The notes under the pieces: model-generated
Told to the model about the DNA's origin: nothing
What the model saw: the letters and a program-made list of their open reading frames with translations, nothing else
Database searches by the model: none
Position numbers and translations under genes: made by a program
Assembly (NCBI GenBank): GCA_032718475.1
Contig: JAUCBJ010006034.1
Coordinates: 1-39,351, forward strand
Reading direction: 5' to 3'
Origin: Nemertoderma westbladi
Taxonomy: Eukaryota > Animalia > Xenacoelomorpha
DNA: 39,351 nt
Shown: one piece after another, positions 12,395 to 24,500 of the stretch
How the letters are laid out: each line of letters begins with the position of its first letter
Numbering within the stretch: position 1 is the first letter of the stretch

Positions 12395-12775
12395 AGGCCT
12401 GTTTACACGTGGCAACTTTTAGAACAACTTTCTCGGCAACTTGTAGAGCAACCCTGGTTGCCGATCAAGTTGCTCCGTGTAAACACGTAAAAAAGTTGCG
12501 GCTACTTAAAACGTAAAAAACGTAAAAAACGGTAACTTGAAGGAATTTGCGTTGGTGAATTAAAGCGGGATAATCAAATTAAATTATCAAAAACTAGCTA
12601 GTAGATAAAATGACCCACTATTTTACAGTCAAACTCGCCAAGTTGCTCTAAAAGGTGACGGCCAAGTTGCTGGTAAAGTTGCCACTTGTAAACAGCGATT
12701 AAATTAAGTTGCTCTAAAAAAAGTTGCTAGTTGCCGAGAAAGTTGCTCTAAAAGTTGCAACGTGTAAACAGGCAT
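12395..12775. mobile_element. MITE, PIF/Harbinger-like, copy B (381 bp), same family as 5732-6530, opposite orientation
   Basis: ~47-bp TIRs AGGCCTGTTTACACGTGGCAACTTTTAGAACAACTTTCTCGGCAACT / AGTTGCCGAGAAAGTTGCTCTAAAAGTTGCAACGTGTAAACAGGCAT, flanked by TAA and TTA. Internal AACTTGAAGGAATTTGCGTTGGTGAATTAAAGCGGGATAATCAAATTAAA closely matches the reverse complement of ~6368-6418. Confidence 0.85.
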
Positions 12776-13807
12776 TTAGTGGCTTATTAAATGCATTAAT
12801 TAACACGACTTGTATGAATACATATAATATCAAGTGCGATCCGATATTTTTGGTATGATAATGATTCTATATTGTGCGTTGAGCACGGCTTGACCAACTG
12901 AGAATAATGAAATCGATTGAATGTTAATTGAAACAGCAGCATTGGTGTACGGTAACGCCGTGAGGGCTAGATTGGCTGGATTTGTGCTGCTCCAGATACC
13001 CCATCCTAAACTAATCCTAGCCGTTTCGCGTGTCTTGCTTTATCGCAATTCCCCAACGCACACGGATTTATATTTTTTGGTCGTTTCGGAAGGAAATTTA
13101 TTGTTAATTAAATATTTTCCCCAACTTGCGTTAATCTGCAACACTGAAGTTCATCTTTCTCGCAAACGATCTAATGATTCCTTCAATATATAAAGCAGAA
13201 ATCCAATCATTCTTAAATGGAGAATTGAAAATTAAAAAATAAAAACAAAGTTAATACATTTTATGATATAGTATTTTATTATAGGATTCTCAACCCCCCA
13301 TTCAAACCTCCCTTGGGATTCCTTAAAATCAGTACAATTTAGTGGGAGTCAGTCAACGGCTCCAGTTCATTCCAATTCATTAGACCTACATTGTTTTAAC
13401 AATGTAGGCCGTTGAATAACATATAAACTGAGGCTTACAACAGCTACTTTACCATTGACCCGAAAAGATTTCAAAAGCTTACCACGCCCCTTCTAAGCCA
13501 GATGTTTTCTATAGGGGAAAGGAAGTGGAGACATTGTTAAAAGATAAATAGGCAGGCCTACTTACATTGCAGGAGTTCATTTAATCACGGCTCTGTTGAT
13601 ACGAGATGAAAAGTCAGTCAATCTATGCGAAAATCTTCAGGGCTTACATTGGAATCAATGTACTAGGACTTACATTGGAATCAATGTACTGGGACTTACA
13701 TTAGAATCACTGTACTGGGACTTACATTAGATTAAATGTACACGGCGTACATTAGAATCACTGTACTGGGACTTACATTGGAATCAATGTACTGACTTAC
13801 ATTGGAA

Positions 13808-13909
13808 TCAATGTACTGGGACTTACATTAGAATCACTGTACTGGGACTTACATTAGATTAAATGTACACGGCTTACATTAGAATCACTATACTGGGACT
13901 TACATTGGA
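13808..13909 (+). repeat. Left copy of a 102-bp target-site duplication of retroelement copy 1
   Basis: Identical by eye to 15477-15578, including the rare monomer variant CACTATACTGGG; abuts the element's 3' end. Confidence 0.8.
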
Positions 13910-15476
13910 CTACTAGGATCGGCATGCTGCATTGCAGCTGCATTTTTAAGAATGCTGTGCCGGCTTGTCAACAAAATTGCACCGCCACAACTCCCTATCA
14001 CCCATGACATTTGCTAGATCATCCGCATCTTTAAGGCCAGTGTCCTTTAAGATGCGTCTCAAGAAAGTCATGGGCTGTCCACCATGCTTATTCACTCCAT
14101 GAGGCTGCCAAAGTACAAGATTATGCACTGGCTGGTCCTCACGGCGAAAGCAATGTCCTGCAAAGCGGAGGCGATTTTGTTCTAGTGTCAAGCTTGGGGG
14201 AACCAATGAGACACCTCCAATGTTATATAGTGTCTGGTTGGAGATGTGTGCATTGTACTTGACACAATGTACCCGGCGTAGCATTCTTGTGAATGTGCCA
14301 TCCAGAGATTTGGTGTCCTCAGCAGTTAGAGCCCAGCACGGACTCCCGTAGAGGAGTACTGGAACTACTGCTGCTCTAAATAATCGGACCTTAAGTTTCC
14401 GATTAATTCTAGGTGACTTCCAAATCCTGGAAAGCCTATTCAAGGCTGCCCATGCCTTTCCCTTACGTATTCGAAGGTCCTCACCTGACTTCCGGATCCA
14501 TGATCCCAGGTAACAGAAGTCGTCCACATGCTCAAGCATACCATCCTTTGAGCTTATGCTCATCCGATCAGAGACTTGCTGAGGACTTTCAAAGTTAACT
14601 GTCAGAATTTTGGTCTTTCTGGAGTTAATAAAAAGACCAACACTAGAAGCAGCATGTTCTAATGAGCTGAGGAGCCGCTGGGCTCCCTCTAATGATTCTG
14701 AGAGTACTCCTAAGTCATCAGCAAAGTCTAGATCAGTTAGGTACTTGGCAGGATTTCCTCGACTTCTGGAGCCAGTAGGTGGAGTTATCATCACCCCATC
14801 ATCATTATGATGATCTAAGGACATGCGTAGAACATAGTCAACCACAATAATGAACAAGAATGGTGCAAGTGTGTCTCCTTGGAGGACGCCCCATAACACT
14901 TCAAATGGTTCTGTGTCACCGTCAACAGTAGACACAAATGTTGTCGAACCATCGTATACTGATCTGATTGCTGCAATAATTTCATCAGGAATCCCATATA
15001 ATGAAAGTATGCTGAACATACGTGAGCGAGAGACTGAATCAAAGGCCTTGAAGAAGTCAACAAAGATAACAGCCAGATGCCTGTCTTTCTTTTTTGATAA
15101 CTCTTCAATTATCCTTCTAAGTGCCAAAATGGGCTCCATGGTCCCACGACCTTTACGGAACCCATTCTGATTTCCACGTAGCAGTCTCTCAATGGGATCC
15201 CTGATGCGATTTAATAGAATTCTATTGTATAGTTTTGCAGCAATCGAGATCAATGAGATTCCCCGAAAAGAACCATAGAGTGTTAGGTTGCCCTTCTTGG
15301 GAACTGGCACCAACTTATTTGTTTTCATTTCTTGTGGGACTCTTGTTGTACGGTACATGTCTACTATGATGGGATAGATGAGCTTTAAACACTCAGGTAT
15401 TTTAAAGACCTCAGGGGGAACACCATCTACTCCACTGGCACGATTGGTCTTAATGCTCTTTGCAGCAGCCTTCACT
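13910..15476 (-). mobile_element. Non-LTR retrotransposon, RTE-like, 5'-truncated copy 1 (1567 bp)
   Basis: RT ORF, 30-nt 3' UTR (AAATGCAGCTGCAATGCAGCATGCCGATCC) and (TAG)2 tail. The 5' end runs directly into satellite; no endonuclease domain is present. Confidence 0.93.
13946..15475 (-). CDS. Reverse transcriptase and C-terminal region of an RTE-like LINE (N-terminally truncated, frame open for 509 codons)
   Basis: VPVPKKG..FRGISL, QNGFRKGR, FVDFFKAFDSV, GVLQGDTLAPFLF, catalytic FADD, INSRKTK, FCYLGS. C-terminal RLRFAGHCFRR and DRELWR resemble RTE-clade ends. The called start is a GTG at the truncation point, not a real initiator. Confidence 0.92.
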   Translation of the reverse strand: MKAAAKSIKTNRASGVDGVPPEVFKIPECLKLIYPIIVDMYRTTRVPQEMKTNKLVPVPKKGNLTLYGSFRGISLISIAAKLYNRILLNRIRDPIERLLRGNQNGFRKGRGTMEPILALRRIIEELSKKKDRHLAVIFVDFFKAFDSVSRSRMFSILSLYGIPDEIIAAIRSVYDGSTTFVSTVDGDTEPFEVLWGVLQGDTLAPFLFIIVVDYVLRMSLDHHNDDGVMITPPTGSRSRGNPAKYLTDLDFADDLGVLSESLEGAQRLLSSLEHAASSVGLFINSRKTKILTVNFESPQQVSDRMSISSKDGMLEHVDDFCYLGSWIRKSGEDLRIRKGKAWAALNRLSRIWKSPRINRKLKVRLFRAAVVPVLLYGSPCWALTAEDTKSLDGTFTRMLRRVHCVKYNAHISNQTLYNIGGVSLVPPSLTLEQNRLRFAGHCFRREDQPVHNLVLWQPHGVNKHGGQPMTFLRRILKDTGLKDADDLANVMGDRELWRCNFVDKPAQHS

Positions 15477-15578
15477 TCAATGTACTGGGACTTACATTAG
15501 AATCACTGTACTGGGACTTACATTAGATTAAATGTACACGGCTTACATTAGAATCACTATACTGGGACTTACATTGGA
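15477..15578 (+). repeat. Right copy of the 102-bp target-site duplication of retroelement copy 1
   Basis: Identical by eye to 13808-13909; abuts the element's 5' end. Confidence 0.8.
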
Positions 15579-18500
15579 ATCAATGTATATATGGCTTACA
15601 TTGGAATCACTGTATATGGCTTACATTGGAATCACTGCATATGGCTTACATTGGAATCAATGTACAGGACTTACATTAGAATCACTGTACTGGGACTTAC
15701 ATTAGATTAAATGTACACGGCTTACATTAGAATCACTGTACTGGGACTTCCATTGGAATCAATGTATATGGCTTACATTGGAATCACTGTATATGGCTTA
15801 CATTGGAATCAATGTACAGGACTTACATTGGAATCAATGTACTGGGACTTACATTAGAATCACTGTACAGGACTTACATTGGAATCAATGTACTGGGACT
15901 TACATTGGAATCAATGTACTGGGACTTACATTAGAATCACTGTACATGACTTACATTGGAATCAATATACTGGGACTTACATTGGAATCAATGTATTGGG
16001 ACTTACATTGGAATCAATGTACTGGGACTTACATTAGAATCACTGTACTGGGACTTACATTAGATTAAATGTACACGGCTTACATTAGAATCACTGTACT
16101 GGGACTTACATTGGAATCAATGTATATGGCTTGCATTGGAATCACTGTATATGGCTTACATTGGAATCACTGTATATGGCTTACATTGGAATCAATGTAC
16201 AGGACTTACATTGGAATCAATGTACTGGGACTTACATTAGAATCACTGTACAGGACTTACATTGGAATCAATGTACTGGGACTTACATTGGAATCAATGT
16301 ATTGGGACTTACATTGGAATCAATGTACTGGGCCTTACATTAGAATAAATGTACACGGCTTACATTAGAATCACTGTACAGGACTTACATTGGAATCAAT
16401 GTACTGGAACTTACATTAGAATCACTGTACAGGACTTACATTGGAATCAATGTACTGGAACTTACATTAGAATCACTGTACAGGACTTACATTGGAATCA
16501 ATGTACTGGGACTTACATTGGAATCAATGTACTGGGACTTACATTAGAATCACTGTACAGGACTTACATTGGAATCAATGTACTGGGACTTACATTAGAA
16601 TCACTGTACAGGACTTACATTAGAATCAATGTACTGGGATTTGCATTAGAATCACTGCACAGGACTTACATTGGAATCAATGTACTGGGACTTACATTGG
16701 AATCAATGTATTGGGACTTACATTGGAATCAATGTATTGGGACTTACATTAGAATAAATGTACACGGCTTACATTAGAATCACTGTACAGGACTTACATT
16801 GGAATCAATGTACTGGGACTTACATTGGAATCAATGTATTGGGACTTACATTGGAATCAATGTACTGGGCCTTACATTAGAATAAATGTACACAGCTTAC
16901 ATTAGAATCACTGTACAGGACTTACATTGGAATCAATGTACTGGAACTTACATTAGAATCACTGTACAGGACTTACATTGGAATCAATGTACTGGAACTT
17001 ACATTAGAATCACTGTACAGGACTTACATTGGAATCAATGTACTGGAACTTACATTAGAATCACTGTACAGGACTTACATTGGAATCAATGTACTGGAAC
17101 TTACATTAGAATAAATGTACACGGCTTACATTAGAATCAATGTATTGGGACTTACATTGGAATCAATGTACTGGGCCTTACATTAGAATAAATGTACACG
17201 GCTTACATTAGAATCACTGTACAGGACTTACATTGGAATCAATGTACTGGAACTTACATTAGAATCACTGTACAGGACTTACATTGGAATCAATGTACTG
17301 GAACTTACATTAGAATCACTGTACAGGACTTACATTGGAATCAATGTACTGGGACTTACATTGGAATCAATGTACTGGGACTTACATTAGAATCACTGTA
17401 CAGGACTTACATTGGAATCAATGTACTGGGACTTACATTAGAATCACTGTACAGGACTTACATTAGAATCAATGTACTGGGATTTGCATTAGAATCACTG
17501 TACAGGACTTACATTGGAATCAATGTATTGGGACTTACATTGGAATCAATGTACTGGGCCTTACATTAGAATAAATGTACACGGCTTACATTAGAATCAC
17601 TGTACAGGACTTACATTGGAATCAATGTACTGGAACTTACATTATAATCACTGTACAGGACTTACATTAGAATCACTGTACAGGACTTACATTAGAATCA
17701 CTGTACAGGACTTACATTGGAATCAATGTACTGGGACTTACATTAGAATCACTGTACACGGCTTACATTATAATCACTGTACAGGACTTACATTGGAATC
17801 AATGTACTGGGACTTACATTGGAATCAATGTATTGGGACTTACATTGGAATCAATGTACTGGGCCTTACATTGGAATCAATGTACTGGGACTTACATTGG
17901 AATAAATGTACACGGCTTACATTAGAATCACTGTACAGGACTTACATTGGAATCAATGTACTGGAACTTACATTAGAATCACTGTACAGGACTTACATTG
18001 GAATCAATGTACTGGAACTTACATTATAATCACTGTACAGGACTTACATTGGAATCAATGTACTGGGACTTATATTGGAATCAATGTACTGGGACTTACA
18101 TTAGAATCACTGTACAGGACTTACATTGGAATCAATGTACTGGGACTTACATTAGAATCACTGTACAGGACTTACATTAGAATCAATGTACTGGGATTTG
18201 CATTAGAATCACTGTACAGGACTTACATTGGAATCAATGTATTGGGACTTACATTAGAATAAATGTACACGGCTTACATTAGAATCACTGTACAGGACTT
18301 ACATTAGAATCAATGTACTGGGATTTGCATTAGAATCACTGTACAGGACTTACATTGGAATCAATGTACTGGGACTTACATTGGAATCAATGTATTGGGA
18401 CTTACATTGGAATCAATGTACTGGGACTTACATTAGAATCACTGTATTGGGACTTACATTAGATTAAATGTACACGGCTTACATTAGAATCACTGTACTG

Positions 18501-21500
18501 GGACTTACATTGGAATCAATGTATATGGCTTGCATTGGAATCACTGTATATGGCTTACATTGGAATCACTGTATATGGCTTACATTGGAATCAATGTACA
18601 GGACTTACATTGGAATCAATGTACTGGGACTTACATTAGAATCACTGTACAGGACTTACATTGGAATCAATGTACTGGGACTTACATTGGAATCAATGTA
18701 TTGGGACTTACATTGGAATCAATGTACTGGGCCTTACATTAGAATAAATGTACACGGCTTACATTAGAATCACTGTACAGGACTTACATTGGAATCAATG
18801 TACTGGAACTTACATTAGAATAAATGTACACGGCTTACATTAGAATCACTGTACTGGGACTTACATTGGAATCAATGTATATGGCTTACATTGGAATCAC
18901 TGTATATGGCTTACATTGGAATCAATGTACTGGGACTTACATTAGAATCACTGTACAGGACTTACATTGGAATCAATGTACTGGGACTTACATTAGAATC
19001 ACTGTACAGGACTTACATTAGAATCAATGTACTGGGATTTGCATTAGAATCACTGCACAGGACTTACATTGGAATCAATGTACTGGGACTTACATTGGAA
19101 TCAATGTATTGGGACTTACATTGGAATCAATGTATTGGGACTTACATTAGAATAAATGTACACGGCTTACATTAGAATCACTGTACAGGACTTACATTGG
19201 AATCAATGTACTGGGACTTACATTGGAATCAATGTATTGGGACTTACATTGGAATCAATGTACTGGGCCTTACATTAGAATAAATGTACACAGCTTACAT
19301 TAGAATCACTGTACAGGACTTACATTGGAATCAATGTACTGGAACTTACATTAGAATCACTGTACAGGACTTACATTGGAATCAATGTACTGGAACTTAC
19401 ATTAGAATCACTGTACAGGACTTACATTGGAATCAATGTACTGGAACTTACATTAGAATCACTGTACAGGACTTACATTGGAATCAATGTACTGGAACTT
19501 ACATTAGAATAAATGTACACGGCTTACATTAGAATCAATGTATTGGGACTTACATTGGAATCAATGTACTGGGCCTTACATTAGAATAAATGTACACGGC
19601 TTACATTAGAATCACTGTACAGGACTTACATTGGAATCAATGTACTGGAACTTACATTAGAATCACTGTACAGGACTTACATTGGAATCAATGTACTGGA
19701 ACTTACATTAGAATCACTGTACAGGACTTACATTGGAATCAATGTACTGGGACTTACATTGGAATCAATGTACTGGGACTTACATTGGAATCAATGTACT
19801 GGGACTTACATTGGAATCAATGTACTGGGACTTACATTAGAATCACTGTACAGGACTTACATTGGAATCAATGTACTGGGACTTACATTAGAATCACTGT
19901 ACAGGACTTACATTAGAATCAATGTACTGGGATTTGCATTAGAATCACTGTACAGGACTTACATTGGAATCAATGTATTGGGACTTACATTGGAATCAAT
20001 GTACTGGGCCTTACATTAGAATAAATGTACACGGCTTACATTAGAATCACTGTACAGGACTTACATTGGAATCAATGTACTGGAACTTACATTATAATCA
20101 CTGTACAGGACTTACATTAGAATCACTGTACAGGACTTACATTAGAATCACTGTACAGGACTTACATTGGAATCAATGTACTGGGACTTACATTAGAATC
20201 ACTGTACACGGCTTACATTAGAATCACTGTACAGGACTTACATTGGAATCAATGTACTGGGACTTACATTGGAATCAATGTATTGGGACTTACATTGGAA
20301 TCAATGTATTGGGACTTACATTAGAATAAATGTACACGGCTTACATTAGAATCACTGTACAGGACTTACATTGGAATCAATGTACTGGGACTTACATTGG
20401 AATCAATGTATTGGGACTTACATTGGAATCAATGTACTGGGCCTTACATTAGAATAAATGTACACAGCTTACATTAGAATCACTGTACAGGACTTACATT
20501 GGAATCAATGTACTGGAACTTACATTAGAATCACTGTACAGGACTTACATTGGAATCAATGTACTGGAACTTACATTAGAATCACTGTACAGGACTTACA
20601 TTGGAATCAATGTACTGGAACTTACATTAGAATCACTGTACAGGACTTACATTGGAATCAATGTACTGGAACTTACATTAGAATAAATGTACACGGCTTA
20701 CATTAGAATCAATGTATTGGGACTTACATTGGAATCAATGTACTGGGCCTTACATTAGAATAAATGTACACGGCTTACATTAGAATCACTGTACAGGACT
20801 TACATTGGAATCAATGTACTGGAACTTACATTAGAATCACTGTACAGGACTTACATTGGAATCAATGTACTGGAACTTACATTAGAATCACTGTACAGGA
20901 CTTACATTGGAATCAATGTACTGGGACTTACATTGGAATCAATGTACTGGGACTTACATTGGAATCAATGTACTGGGACTTACATTGGAATCAATGTACT
21001 GGGACTTACATTAGAATCACTGTACAGGACTTACATTGGAATCAATGTACTGGGACTTACATTAGAATCACTGTACAGGACTTACATTAGAATCAATGTA
21101 CTGGGATTTGCATTAGAATCACTGTACAGGACTTACATTGGAATCAATGTATTGGGACTTACATTGGAATCAATGTACTGGGCCTTACATTAGAATAAAT
21201 GTACACGGCTTACATTAGAATCACTGTACAGGACTTACATTGGAATCAATGTACTGGAACTTACATTATAATCACTGTACAGGACTTACATTAGAATCAC
21301 TGTACAGGACTTACATTAGAATCACTGTACAGGACTTACATTGGAATCAATGTACTGGGACTTACATTAGAATCACTGTACACGGCTTACATTAGAATCA
21401 CTGTACAGGACTTACATTGGAATCAATGTACTGGGACTTACATTGGAATCAATGTATTGGGACTTACATTGGAATCAATGTACTGGGCCTTACATTAGAA

Positions 21501-24500
21501 TAAATGTACACAGCTTACATTAGAATCACTGTACAGGACTTACATTGGAATCAATGTACTGGAACTTACATTAGAATCACTGTACAGGACTTACATTGGA
21601 ATCAATGTACTGGAACTTACATTAGAATCACTGTACAGGACTTACATTGGAATCAATGTACTGGAACTTACATTAGAATCACTGTACAGGACTTACATTG
21701 GAATCAATGTACTGGAACTTACATTAGAATAAATGTACACGGCTTACATTAGAATCAATGTATTGGGACTTACATTGGAATCAATGTACTGGGCCTTACA
21801 TTAGAATAAATGTACACGGCTTACATTAGAATCACTGTACAGGACTTACATTGGAATCAATGTACTGGAACTTACATTAGAATCACTGTACAGGACTTAC
21901 ATTGGAATCAATGTACTGGAACTTACATTAGAATCACTGTACAGGACTTACATTGGAATCAATGTACTGGAACTTACATTAGAATCACTGTACAGGACTT
22001 ACATTGGAATCAATGTACTGGAACTTACATTAGAATCACTGTACAGGACTTACATTGGAATCAATGTACTGGGACTTACATTGGAATCAATGTACTGGGA
22101 CTTACATTAGAATCACTGTACAGGACTTACATTGGAATCAATGTACTGGGACTTACATTAGAATCACTGTACAGGACTTACATTAGAATCAATGTACTGG
22201 GATTTGCATTAGAATCACTGTACAGGACTTACATTGGAATCAATGTATTGGGACTTACATTGGAATCAATGTACTGGGCCTTACATTAGAATAAATGTAC
22301 ACGGCTTACATTAGAATCACTGTACAGGACTTACATTGGAATCAATGTACTGGAACTTACATTAGAATCACTGTACAGGACTTACATTGGAATCAATGTA
22401 CTGGAACTTACATTAGAATCACTGTACAGGACTTACATTGGAATCAATGTACTGGAACTTACATTAGAATCACTGTACAGGACTTACATTGGAATCAATG
22501 TACTGGGACTTACATTGGAATCAATGTACTGGGACTTACATTAGAATCACTGTACAGGACTTACATTGGAATCAATGTACTGGGACTTACATTAGAATCA
22601 CTGTACAGGACTTACATTAGAATCAATGTACTGGGATTTGCATTAGAATCACTGTACAGGACTTACATTGGAATCAATGTATTGGGACTTACATTGGAAT
22701 CAATGTACTGGGCCTTACATTAGAATAAATGTACACGGCTTACATTAGAATCACTGTACAGGACTTACATTGGAATCAATGTACTGGAACTTACATTATA
22801 ATCACTGTACAGGACTTACATTAGAATCACTGTACAGGACTTACATTAGAATCACTGTACAGGACTTACATTGGAATCAATGTACTGGGACTTACATTAG
22901 AATCACTGTACACGGCTTACATTAGAATCACTGTACAGGACTTACATTGGAATCAATGTACTGGGACTTACATTGGAATCAATGTATTGGGACTTACATT
23001 GGAATCAATGTACTGGGCCTTACATTGGAATCAATGTACTGGGACTTACATTGGAATAAATGTACACGGCTTACATTAGAATCACTGTACAGGACTTACA
23101 TTGGAATCAATGTACTGGAACTTACATTAGAATCACTGTACAGGACTTACATTGGAATCAATGTACTGGAACTTACATTATAATCACTGTACAGGACTTA
23201 CATTGGAATCAATGTACTGGGACTTATATTGGAATCAATGTACTGGGACTTACATTAGAATCACTGTACAGGACTTACATTGGAATCAATGTACTGGGAC
23301 TTACATTAGAATCACTGTACAGGACTTACATTAGAATCAATGTACTGGGATTTGCATTAGAATCACTGTACAGGACTTACATTGGAATCAATGTATTGGG
23401 ACTTACATTAGAATAAATGTACACGGCTTACATTAGAATCACTGTACAGGACTTACATTAGAATCAATGTACTGGGATTTGCATTAGAATCACTGTACAG
23501 GACTTACATTGGAATCAATGTACTGGGACTTACATTGGAATCAATGTATTGGGACTTACATTGGAATCAATGTACTGGGACTTACATTAGAATCACTGTA
23601 TTGGGACTTACATTAGATTAAATGTACACGCTTACATTAGAATCACTGTACTGGGACTTACATTGGAATCAATGTATATGGCTTGCATTGGAATCACTGT
23701 ATATGGCTTACATTGGAATCACTGTATATGGCTTACATTGGAATCAATGTACAGGACTTACATTGGAATCAATGTACTGGGACTTACATTAGAATCACTG
23801 TACAGGACTTACATTGGAATCAATGTACTGGGACTTACATTGGAATCAATGTATTGGGACTTACATTGGAATCAATGTACTGGGCCTTACATTAGAATAA
23901 ATGTACACGGCTTACATTAGAATCACTGTACAGGACTTACATTGGAATCAATGTACTGGAACTTACATTAGAATAAATGTACACGGCTTACATTAGAATC
24001 ACTGTACTGGGACTTACATTGGAATCAATGTATATGGCTTACATTGGAATCACTGTATATGGCTTACATTGGAATCAATGTACTGGGACTTACATTAGAA
24101 TCACTGTACAGGACTTACATTGGAATCACTGTATATGGCTTACATTGGAATCAATGTACTGGAACTTACATTAGAATAAATGTACACGGCTTACATTAGA
24201 ATCACTGTACTGGGACTTACATTGGAATCAATGTATATGGCTTACATTGGAATCACTGTATATGGCTTACATTGGAATCAATGTACTGGGACTTCCATTG
24301 GAATCAATGTACTGGGACTTACATTAGAATCACTGTACAGGACTTACATTAGAATCACTGTACAGGACTTACATTGGAATCACTGTATATGGCTTACATT
24401 GGAATCAATGTACTGGGACTTACATTAGAATCACTGTACAGGACTTACATAGGAATCACTGTATATGGCTTACATTGGAATCAATGTACTGGGCCTTACA

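Noticed and set aside
12104-12516. Poly-Pro and poly-Gly ORFs
   Set aside because: They arise from the C homopolymer tract and run into MITE sequence.
13946-15475. Bacterial RT system (retron, DGR, group II intron or defence RT) paired with a repeat array
   Set aside because: The motifs, C-terminus, 3' microsatellite tail, variable 5' truncation and TSD all fit a eukaryotic non-LTR retrotransposon; no accessory genes or template/variable repeat pair are present.
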